Shown here piece after piece: positions 26,724 to 36,409 of a stretch of 64,000 nucleotides of DNA; the first letter of the stretch is position 1, and the number at the start of each line of letters is the position of its first letter. The position numbers and the translations under genes were made by a program. This stretch comes from Eledone cirrhosa. Its lineage: Eukaryota. Where the stretch lies: contig OZ024763.1 of assembly GCA_964016885.1 (NCBI GenBank), positions 1,922,001 through 1,986,000 on the forward strand, read 5' to 3'. The notes beneath the pieces are model-generated. The model was not told where the DNA came from and did no database searches. It was given only the letters and a program-made list of their open reading frames with translations.

Positions 26724-26759
<36 letters not shown>

Positions 26760-27144
26760 TGTTTGTATGTGTGTTTGTGTATTATCATCATGTTTAACAT
26801 ATATCTCTATATACATGTGTATATATATGTGTGTGTATGTTTGTGTATCATCATCACCATTTAATGTATATATATATATATATATATATACACAAGTACA
26901 TACATGTATATATGTGTCTCTATGTGTCTGCGTGCGTTCTCTGCTAGTGTTATATTACAAGAGAAATTTGTTACAACAACAACAACAACAAGGTTATGAG
27001 AAATATGAGCCATGTTGTAATCTCAGGAAATATGTAAGGTTTAGAAGCCATTGAAACGTTAGCTAAAGTTGTTCCAATCAAATAAATCTGATTTAAAAAC
27101 TCTTCTGTCTTTCTGCATCGTTGCTATCATATTGATGGGTTACC

Positions 27145-28322
27145 CCGCCCTGTCTTGGTTGGCCCTACTCCGCCCTGTCTTGCTTGGTCCTTCCTCCGCC
27201 CTGTCTTGCTTGGTCCTTCCCCCACTCTGTCTTGCTTGGTCCTTCCCCCACTCTGTCTTGCTTGGTCCTTCCTCGCTCTGTCTTGCTTGGTCCTTCCCCC
27301 ACTCTGTCTTGCTTGGTCCTTCCCCCACTCTGTCTTGCTTGGTCCTTCCTCGCTCTGTCTTGCTTGGTCCTTCCCCCGCTCTGTCTTGCTTGGTCCTTCC
27401 CCCACTCTGTCTTGCTTGGTCCTTCCCCCGCTCTGTCTTGCTTGGTCCTTCCCCCGCTCTGTCTTGCTTGGTCCTTCCCCCACTGTCTTGCTTGGTCCTT
27501 CCTCGCCCTGTCTTGCTTGGTCCTTCCCCCGCTCTGTCTTGCTTGGTCCTTCCCCCGCTCTGTCTTGCTTGGTCCTTCCCCCCCCCTGTCTTGCTTGGTC
27601 CTTCCCCCGCTCTGTCTTGCTTGGTCCTTCCCCCGCTCTGTCTTGCTTGGTCCTTCCCCGCCCTGTCTTGCTTGGTCCTTCCCCCGCTCTGTCTTGCTTG
27701 GTCCTTCCCCCCCTGTCTTGCTTGGTCCTTCCCCCACTCTGTCTTGCTTGGTCCTTCCCCCGCTCTGTCTTGCTTGGTCCTTCCCCCCCCCCCTGTCTTG
27801 CTTGGTCCTTCCCCCACTCTGTCTTGCTTGGTCCTTCCCCCGCTCTGTCTTGCTTGGTCCTTCCCCCACTGTCTTGCTTGGTCCTTCCTCGCCCTGTCTT
27901 GCTTGGTCCTTCCCCTGCTCTGTCTTGCTTGGTCCTTCCCCGCCCTGTCTTGCTTGGTCCTTCCCCACTCTGTCTTGCTTGGTCCTTCCCCACTCTGTCT
28001 TGCTTGGTCCTTCCCCGCCCTGTCTTGCTTGGTCCTTCCCCCGCTCTGTCTTGCTTGGTCCTTCCCCTGCTCTGTCTTGCTTGGTCCTTCCCCCGCTCTG
28101 TCTTGCTTGGTCCTTCCTCGCCCTGTCTTGCTTGGTCCTTCCTCACTCTGTCTTGCTTGGTCCTTCCCCCGCCCTGTCTTGCTTGGTCCTTCCCCCGCCC
28201 TGTCTTGCTTGGTCCTTCCCCCGCCCTGTCTTGCTTGGTCCTTCCCCCGCCCTGTCTTGCTTGGTCCTTCCCCCGCCCTGTCTTGCTTGGTCCTTCCCCA
28301 CCCTGTCTTGCTTGGCCCTGCC
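27145..28322. repeat. ~26-bp pyrimidine-rich minisatellite (~45 units)
   Basis: Unit CTGTCTTGCTTGGTCCTTCCCCC(G/A)CT with a variable C-run. Confidence 0.97.
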
Positions 28323-28489
28323 CTGCTTCTTGTGATACTCTATACTTTAAAACACATCTGATTTCACTCGCAACACACGTTTTAATTTCTTGTACTTTAT
28401 TACGACAAATCTAGACACAGATAATGGTGATACTGTGGTAACATAATTTATATTTGTCTGTGTTTCCGTATGAGGAGGAGGACAGCTGA

Positions 28490-29030
28490 TTGAACAGGAG
28501 TTTCGAGACTAGAATCTAAATCTAATTTAATCTGGCCGAGTTTACACTCACAAATAAGAAGAACCAGGGCCACCCCAAGGAGCATTGGATTTGGTGTACT
28601 TCATATTTGTTTGGGTTGCTGAATACAATCAGGGGTCGCTGCTCCTCCTAAAGGTCAATAGTTCTCTTCTAACTCGAGTGGGAGCACCTTTCCATTGTCA
28701 ATTTGCATTGATCATCTTCAAAGCCCATTGTTCTCAGAACCACTACACCAGTCTTACGATGCGTGCAGCTGGAACTACTGCCACCCATTGATTTGACAGG
28801 ATTTTTTTTTTTTTTTAGATGGCCGTTGACTCTTATGAGTTCTTCCGCCCTTTGTCAGGTTTTATTTTTTGTCCTGCAGGGTGTCCAAAATCAGCCTCCT
28901 CTCTAAGTAAACTTGGTGGGGTTGCCGGTTTAGTCGCCAACGACCCGACCATGCGACAGGTTGTACTGGGTTACATGTTACCAGTAGCACCCGAGAGTGA
29001 CCTGACACTAGTGACCTACAATAGCTAGTA
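28490..29030 (-). mobile_element. Possible 5' UTR fragment of a non-LTR (RTE-like) retrotransposon
   Basis: CpG-containing structured unique block; CTAAACCGGCAACCCC and CAAAGGGCGGAAGAACTC...GAGTCAACGGCCATC resemble LINE 5' ends from memory only; no ORF. Confidence 0.35.
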
Positions 29031-29165
29031 ACTTAACCACTACCATGGTAGTTGGTACATTGATCTCCATCAATCAGTCAACCCTCTGAAATGATTGTAA
29101 AACAATGAACTAACTCTGACTTCTGTTTTTATTGTTGAAACGCACACACACCACACACACACACA

Positions 29166-29284
29166 CATCATCATCATCATCATCGTTTAACGTCCATGTT
29201 CCACGCTTGCATGGGTTTGGACGGAAGTTTTCCCACTTGAGGCAAGAGTGGTTGTCTTGCTCACATAGGACTGTCTGGCGGGTT

Positions 29285-29288
<4 letters not shown>
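29166..29288 (-). mobile_element. Truncated RTE-related SINE tail with (GAT)n
   Basis: Reverse complement of 4138-4265. Confidence 0.8.
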
Positions 29289-29328
<40 letters not shown>

Positions 29329-29329
<1 letters not shown>

Positions 29330-29546
29330 CTCCTTATAATATATAACCAGCAATTTCTCTGTCTGTCTGTCCGACGCGTAGAGAGAGAGTGAGAGTGAAA
29401 GAAAGAGACAGACTACAAGAGGGGGATAGCGGGAGGGAGAGAGAGAGACGCTGGAAGAGGGGAAGGAAAGCTATGTCTTGCTGTCTGCATTACAATACAT
29501 ATATATATATACACACACACACTGAGCGCGTCATAATGGCGTAATG
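29329..29546 (+). mobile_element. Helitron-like non-autonomous 5' segment
   Basis: A|TCTCCTTATAATATATAA followed by (CTGT)n, an arrangement typical of small rolling-circle element 5' ends. Confidence 0.4.
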
Positions 29547-30125
29547 CAGACAGCCAGACACACAGACAGATATTATAAGGGCGCAACGTTATATCTATGT
29601 ATCTATCTAAAAAGAAAGACTAAGAATTATATAGAGAGAATGCTAAATCGCCTAATGCGGTCCCTAGGGCATTGAAAATTTGAAATTTCTTTTGCTCAAA
29701 ACACTCACAGGACCATAAGTATTACATGTCTAAAGTTTGAAAACAATCGGTTGGATGGTTCTCGAGTTTTAGGGAGTCAGACAGACAGACAGACATTCTC
29801 TGTTTTAGATATATAGACTAGCAGAAAACCACCCGGGTGGCGGTTTTCTGCTAGTCTATATATCTAAAATAGAGAATGTCTGTCTGTCTGTCTGACTCCC
29901 TAAAACTCGAGAACCACCCAACCGATTGTTTTCAAACTTTACACATGTAATACTTATGGTCATATGAGTGTTTTGAGCAAAAGAAATTTCAAATTTTCAA
30001 TGCCCTAGGGACCGCATTAGGCGATTTAGCGTTCTCTCTATATAATTCTTAGTCTTTCTTTTTAGATAGATACATAGATATAACGTTGTGCCCTTATAAT
30101 ATCTGTCTGTATGACTGGCTGTCTT
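29547..30125. mobile_element. Helitron-like foldback, ~284-bp arms
   Basis: Arms 29547-29830 and 29842-30125; centre has GC hairpin CCACCCGGGTGG, then CTAG followed by TCTATATATCTAAAA and (CTGT)n. Confidence 0.65.
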
Positions 30126-30221
30126 AAACGTTAAGACTCTTTTCCTACTATATCAAGTGTAATATATTTCTTCATTGTACTGAGTTATTTCTGTTTACCT
30201 TTTGCACACACACACATATAT

Positions 30222-30398
30222 TTAATATAGAAATAGCTTCTACAGGACTAGAACTGTTTCATTTGAAGAAAATCATCAGGAAAGCCTTTTCGAATGAAAC
30301 AGTTCTAGTCCTGTAGAAGCAATTTCTATATTAAACATTTATACTCTGCTATGTATTGAGTACCTTACTTACTGTGGTTAACCCCGATTGAACCCAGC
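30222..30398 (+). mobile_element. Foldback element family A (diverged subfamily)
   Basis: Shares GAAACAGTTCTAGTCCTGTAGAA and tail ATACTCTGCTATGTATTGAGTACCTTACTTACTGTGGTTA with the other A copies. Confidence 0.78.
30236..30285 (-). ncRNA. Type I hammerhead motif (family A variant)
   Basis: GCT(T)TC-CTGATGA-tTTTcttcAAAt-GAAA-CAG...CTG-TA-GAAGC. Confidence 0.7.
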
Positions 30399-30446
30399 AT
30401 ACACACACACGCACACACACACATATATATGTATATATGAGCGTAA

Positions 30447-30482
<36 letters not shown>

Positions 30483-30485
<3 letters not shown>

Positions 30486-30893
30486 GGAGGTGAGTTTTAT
30501 TGTAGTACAATAAAGCAATGCAGATATCGGATAAGAAGCACTCTACAGTTTGTGGGACTGGAGTATGCATAATATAAGATCAAAAGATGGTTAAAGGAGT
30601 TCCATATATTTTATTATGCGCATTTCAAAAACAAACATCATCAAGCAATAATATTTGTGTTTTCATCAGATAAAACAGGAGAACATGATATGAAGGCTAA
30701 AAAACACTTGTTGATAGTGCAGGATATGTTGATTTAAAACTGCACTATCAACAAGTGTTTTTTAGCCTTCATATCATGTTCTCCTGTTTTATCTGATGAA
30801 AACACAAATATTATTGCTTGATGATGTTTGTTTTTGAAATGCGCATAATAAAATATATGGAACTCCTTTAACCATCTTTTGATCTTATATTAT
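30483..30893 (-). mobile_element. Foldback element family C with hammerheads at 30608-30676 (-) and 30786-30854 (+)
   Basis: Second copy of 12841-13218 with ~150-bp arms. Confidence 0.82.
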
Positions 30894-30907
30894 ATATATA
30901 TATATAT

Positions 30908-31483
30908 AGAAGTGGTTACACAACAGTTAGTTCACCATACCAAGAACAATTGTTTCACCTTAGCGGATCCTCAGCTCGTAATGGGCATGGTTATAGGAAC
31001 AGGAAGGACAACCGTACGAACGCGCATGCACAGAAACCAGTCACTTCACACAGGCAATACTAAAATGCGTGCGAGAGGTCTAAGGGAGATTGCCTAAACA
31101 TGAGAAATGAATTTTCCACACATTGTCCACACGTCTCGAAACATCTATTGCATAACTACAAAGCTCCGGATTGAATTTATTGTAACAACATCATAATTTT
31201 CTTATCAACTAAACATTTTTCGGACTTTCGCAGTTATCTCCCTTACACCTCTCGCACGCTTTTTAGTATTGCCTGTGTGAAGTGACCGGTTTCTGCGCAT
31301 GTGTGTTCGTATGGTTGTCCTTCCTGTTCCGTATAACAATGTCCATTACGAGCTGAGGATCCGCTAAGGTGAAACAATTGTTTTCGGTATGGTGAACTAA
31401 CTGTTATGCAACCACTTCTACCTAACTCGTCCCATGGACTGAGTGCTCTACCACTACGGATATTACCTTCCAGTGTTCTACTA
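30908..31483 (+). mobile_element. Foldback element family F, ~180-bp imperfect arms with a ~140-bp spacer
   Basis: 30908-31090 is the reverse complement of ~31236-31420; GAGTGCT at 31441; (TA)n flanks. Confidence 0.75.
31349..31386 (+). ncRNA. Minimal hammerhead motif (family F); mirror copy at 30941-30978 (-)
   Basis: CGAG-CTGAGGA-tCCgctaaGGt-GAAA-CAATTG-TT-TTCG (mirror arm has CTTG, also pairing); stem II is very short. Confidence 0.68.
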
Positions 31484-31500
31484 CTATATATATATATATA

Positions 31501-31680
31501 ACGAAGGAGTCGTGGTAAGGAACCAGATGGTCCTAAACGCACCAGAGTACTCAATACTTACGGTAGTAGAGTGGGTGATAGGAAAAAGAATGACCCCGAC
31601 GGCAGAGCTCAAGCCGTTTCGACGGACTCAGAAATAGCCGTCGAAACGGCTTGAGCTCTGCCGTCGGGATTAAACATTTT

Positions 31681-31683
<3 letters not shown>
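31501..31683 (-). mobile_element. Foldback element family D
   Basis: Homologous to 23806-24020. Confidence 0.75.
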
Positions 31684-31725
<42 letters not shown>

Positions 31726-32159
31726 GTGCATGTTTGTGTGTATATGTATATATGTGCGTGTATGTGTGTGTATATATATATATATATATGTGCACATGTG
31801 CGTGTATGTGTGTATATATATATATATATGTGCACATGTGCATGTATGTGTGTATATATATATATATATATGTGCACATGTGCGTGTATGTGTGTGTATA
31901 TATATATATATATGTGCACATGTGCATGTATGTGTGTGTATATATATATATATATGTGCACATGTGCGTATATGTGTGTGTATATATAGAAAGATTATTG
32001 AAGCCGTAGGACTTAGATTCATTATGGCCTTGGCTACTCACATTACTTACCCAGGGAGACAGGATTTGAATGAAAACCTCTACCCAGACTGTACACAATA
32101 CATGGGTAGCTGCACAAAGGATATGGTAAATTTGTATTATCTATCTATCTATCTATATC

Positions 32160-32197
<38 letters not shown>

Positions 32198-32296
32198 TAT
32201 GTTCAGAAGAGATTGTTTTGGTAAAACCAGGAGCAAGCAGGAGAAAGCTCTCAACGTTCGTAGTTTGTAGTTACAATAAAGATTCAGTATAATAAA

Positions 32297-32473
32297 TGTT
32301 TCTACTGTTTGTCACAAGGCCAGCAATTTTACCAGTACATTACTGGTACTTTATTTTATCGACCCTGTAAGGATGAAAGGCAAAGTTAACCTCAGCGGGA
32401 TTTGAACTCAGAATGGCAAGGGCCGTAACTCTATGCGTCAAAGCATGGTGTCCAACCCTCTACCGATACTGCC
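32297..32473 (-). mobile_element. SINE family S1
   Basis: Reverse complement of the S1 consensus. Confidence 0.88.
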
Positions 32474-32515
32474 AAACATTAAGAAAGATGATGATGATGA
32501 TACATAAATCGTTTA

Positions 32516-32606
32516 TTCATAATAATTATTTCAACGGTTCTCCCATGCACTCCAAGATGTAATTCATGCATTTGTTGTTGTTATGAGAACGGTATCTTCA
32601 GATAAA
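32516..32606 (-). ncRNA. Hammerhead motif with extended stem II (family I)
   Basis: TTTAT-CTGAAGA-tACcGTTCTC...GAGAACcGTt-GAAA-TAATTA-TT-ATGAA. Confidence 0.62.
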
Positions 32607-32796
32607 ATTCAATTTTGTGATATGCCACAGCATGGACAGAAGGACTTGTTTTTCTGCCTGTGGCATATCACAAAATCGAATTTTATATGTACACAATACA
32701 TGCAGGAATTACATCTTAGAGTGCATGGGAGATCCGTTGAAATAATTATTATGAATAAACGATTTCTGTATCATCACCATCTTTCTTAATGTTAAT

Positions 32797-32839
<43 letters not shown>

Positions 32840-32842
<3 letters not shown>

Positions 32843-33110
32843 GATAAATCTACCAAGAGTTTACGGTAGTGTCCAATCCGTATGAAGAACTCATTGTAAT
32901 CCAGATATCATGGAAAGAAGAGATGCAATGAAAAATCACTTTCGGTGAAAGATAAACGGAATACAGAGTCAAGATAAAATATTAAAAAAATAATGAATAA
33001 AACAATGAAACAGTTCCTTATATTAAACAAAAAAAGTTCATTATTTAACGATCGTTTCTAGGATATATATGTGTTAGAATTGGCATGCATATTCAACAGA
33101 TCTATGTACA
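32840..33110 (-). mobile_element. Probable Penelope-like 3' remnant
   Basis: Minus strand CTGTTGA...GAAA-CGATCG-TT (degenerate hammerhead), GAGTTCT at 32886-32892, terminal hairpin CTACC...GGTAG, then (TA)n. Confidence 0.42.
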
Positions 33111-33379
33111 AAATTATACAAAATTATACAAACTATCAAGATTAAATATACATACCCAACACATATATATGCCGTCTTCAGAAATATATATATATATATT
33201 GTTATACTTTGGGAGGGTCATTCAGAAACGAAATATATATATATATAGTTATGTAATAAACAACATAAGGCAATTATTCCATTTACCAGTGGTTTCTTAA
33301 AAGCAAAAAATGTTGCTTTCAATCCTCAGAATGAAAAAATCCTGGTCTGTTTATTGAATTTGGATTTTAAAAACAAAAA

Positions 33380-33419
<40 letters not shown>

Positions 33420-34134
33420 TGTTACTAAGTAAGACCATTATTCAACGCAGTACTCCATGCTTTAAAGACATTTTAGTGTAGATATTATTTAAACATGTAA
33501 ACCACCATCACCACTGCCACAGTCATCATCACTGCCAACACTACCACCACCACCACCATCACTACCAACAACAATGAACACTACCACCCCCAGCACCTCC
33601 ACCATTTTCACTTCCATACCACTATCAACAACACTACCATCCTCACCACCAACATTGCTACTACCACCATAACCACCACCACAACCTCCACCATTTTCCC
33701 TTCCATTCCACTAAAATAACAAGAGAGAGACATTAAAAATTCTTCACATCATCTTGAAACTGCAGACTTCCTTCCGTTGTTGGAACCAAAAAATGGTAAA
33801 AAAAAAAACAAAGGTTGTTTTGTAGGTTTTAAATATCAAAATATTGTCTGAGAGGCAATATCTTTAGTTTCTACAAACCTTTCAACATAGTTTTGAAATG
33901 TCTACCGGAACCTCTTTGTTTTTAAATACTAATAAAACATATGTTATTTTAATCTGGTCTTACACCAGGCAGTTGATTTGGTAAAGTTGTTAAAGATTTC
34001 AGTATTTGTTCTGGATCTCTGGATTCAAATCTTGCTGAGGTCCCGAGTTTGCCTTTTCCTTTCATCTATTTGGGGGTCGATAAAGAAAGTACCAGACTAG
34101 TACTGGTGTAAACCTCTTTTTGCTCTCTCCTCTC

Positions 34135-34785
34135 ATCTCCCAGCTCTCACATCCTGGATCTTCTATTAGATCAAAAGAAGGGAAGGTGTGTTGACACTAT
34201 CTGACATTACCTTACATCCATTTTGGGGTTGATAAAGAAAGTACTGATGCAAACCCTTCTCTCATCTCCCAGATGTCACACTCTGGATCTTCCATTATGA
34301 ATGGATGGGGTGTTGAAAGTATGTCTGTGTCAGCTGAGGTCCTCACATTACCTTACATCATTTTGGGGTTGATAAAGAAAGTACTGATGCAAACCCTTCT
34401 CTCATCTCCCAGATGTCACACCCTGGATCTTCCATTATGAACGGATGGGGTGTTGAGAGTATGTCTGTGTCAGCTGAGGTCCTGACATTACTTTACATCA
34501 TTTTGGGGTTGATAAAGAAAGTACTGATGCAAACCCTTCTCTCATCTCCCAGATGTCACACTCTGGATCTTCCATTATGAACGGATGGGGTGTTGAGAGT
34601 ATGTCTGTGTCAGCTGAGGTCCTGACATTACTTTACATCATTTTGGGGTTGATAAAGAAAGTACTGATGCAAACCCTTCTCTCATCTCCCAGATGTCACA
34701 CTCTGGATCTTCCATTAGATCAAAGAAAGGACAGGGGTACTGAGAGGATGTTTCAAGATCAATAAAGAAAGTACCAGGCCAGTGT
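34135..34785. repeat. 140-bp tandem repeat (~4.5 units) containing an S1 SINE fragment
   Basis: GATAAAGAAAGTACTGATGC at 34231, 34371, 34511 and 34651. Confidence 0.93.
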
Positions 34786-34794
34786 TGATGCGGC

Positions 34795-35602
34795 CCTCCC
34801 TCTCTCTCTCTCTCTTTCTCTCTTCTCTCTCTCTCTTTCTCTCTCTCTCTTTCTCTCTTCTCTCTCTCTCTTTCTCTCTCTCTCTTTCTCTCTTCTCTTC
34901 TTTCTCTCTTCTCTTCTTTCTCTCTTCTCTTCTTTCTCTCTCTCTTTCTCTCTCTTTCTCTCTTCTCTTTCTCTCTCCTCTCATCCCTCTCATCTCTCTC
35001 CTCTCATCTCTCTCCTCTCATCTCATCTCTCTCCTCTCATCTCATCTCTCATCTCTCTCCTCTCATCTCTTTGTCTCTCATCTCTCTGTCTCTCTTCTCA
35101 CTCTTCTCTCTCCTCACTCTCTCTCTCCTCTCATCTCTCTCCTCTCATCTCTCTCCTCTCATCTCTCTCCTCTCATCTCTCTCCTCTCATCTCTCTCCTC
35201 TCATCTCTCTCCTCATCTCTCATCTCTCTCCTCTCATCTCATCTCTCATCTCTCTCATCTCATCTCTCATCTCTCTCCTCTCATCTCTGTCTCTCATCTC
35301 TCTGTCTCTCTTCTCACTCTTCTCTCTCTCTCTCTTCCCACTCTCTCTCTCCTCACTCTCTCTCTCTTCTCACTCTCTCTCTCTTCTCACTCTCTCCTCT
35401 CTCTCTCCTCTCATCTCTTCTCTCTCTCCTCTCTCCTCTCTCTCCTCTCTTCTCTCTCCTCTCCTCTCGTCTCTCTCCTCCCCTCTCTTCCCTCTCCTCT
35501 CTCTTCTCCTCTCACTCTTCTCTCTCCTCTCCTCTCACTCTCTCCTCTCCTCTTCTCTCTCCTCTCTCCTCTCCTCTTCTCTCTCCTCTCTCCTCTCTCC
35601 TC
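34795..35602. repeat. 800-bp polypyrimidine (CT-rich) tract
   Basis: Seen directly in the sequence. Confidence 0.95.
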
Positions 35603-35922
35603 TGCCACATCTTGGATGATCTGTGTCAGACAACATACTTTGTGGCTTATAGTTACAACCCTTTATGTTCCATAACCCACATTCAGATTCTTACCCTACA
35701 TCACCCTCACTAGTTTTTCACCCTTCTTTCAGGAAGGGGTGGAATTGTGGTCCCTATTTTGGTATGGGATGACAGTGGGTGAGTGCTGGTGGTGGTGGGG
35801 TTCTACTCTTGCACAACCACACACATTCCTTAGCACTTGCATCTGCACACACATATACATTTGTACATGTGCACACATAATCACACACACACTTGTGGAT
35901 ATATATATATATATATATATAT

Positions 35923-36341
35923 ACGATATTAACAAATGGAAACTATATTTATAAAACCATATTTATTTCATTATACATATTTCAAGGACACCAAGTTAAA
36001 TTATGGTGTGCTTTCATCAGATAAAATATAATATAGATCAGTTTTATAAATAAATATTGACATACTCTTATCCGGGAGCTTCCAACAGTAATGGTTGCAT
36101 TTTTTAAGGTTATGTCAATATTTATTTCTAAAACTGATCTATATTATATTTTATCTGATGAAAGCACACCATAATTTAACTTGGTGTCCTTGAAATATGT
36201 ATAATGAAATAAATATGCTTTTATAAATATAGTTTCCATTTGTTAATATATCGTATTTTTACTCCAAATATTTGTTGAGTGCTTTATATCAGTTATAAAA
36301 ATATTTGCTTGTTGTATTCCAACAATTTAAATAGAACTTTT

Positions 36342-36342
<1 letters not shown>
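35923..36342 (+). mobile_element. Foldback element family B within (TA)n
   Basis: ~140-bp arms (~35923-36064 and ~36111-36254); tail with GAGTGCT at 36277. Confidence 0.82.
36148..36210 (+). ncRNA. Type I hammerhead motif (family B); mirror copy at 35965-36027 (-)
   Basis: ATTTTAT-CTGATGA-AAGcACACC...GGTGTcCTT-GAAA-TATGTA-TA-ATGAAAT. Confidence 0.82.
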
Positions 36343-36401
<59 letters not shown>

Positions 36402-36409
36402 TCTGCTTT

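Larger units (their letters stand above)
32200..32795 (-). mobile_element. Foldback element family I with nested inverted repeats, interrupted by a SINE
   Basis: Outer arms ~32475-32570 and ~32700-32793; inner arms ~32602-32630 and ~32658-32686. Confidence 0.65.

Noticed and set aside
27069-28414. Long ORFs in all six frames
   Set aside because: 26-bp minisatellite lacking stop codons; the frame drifts with C-run length
28545-28800. Minus-strand exon-like frame ending at a GTGAGT donor
   Set aside because: Two in-frame TAGs, no acceptor, and it lies in a probable retrotransposon UTR fragment
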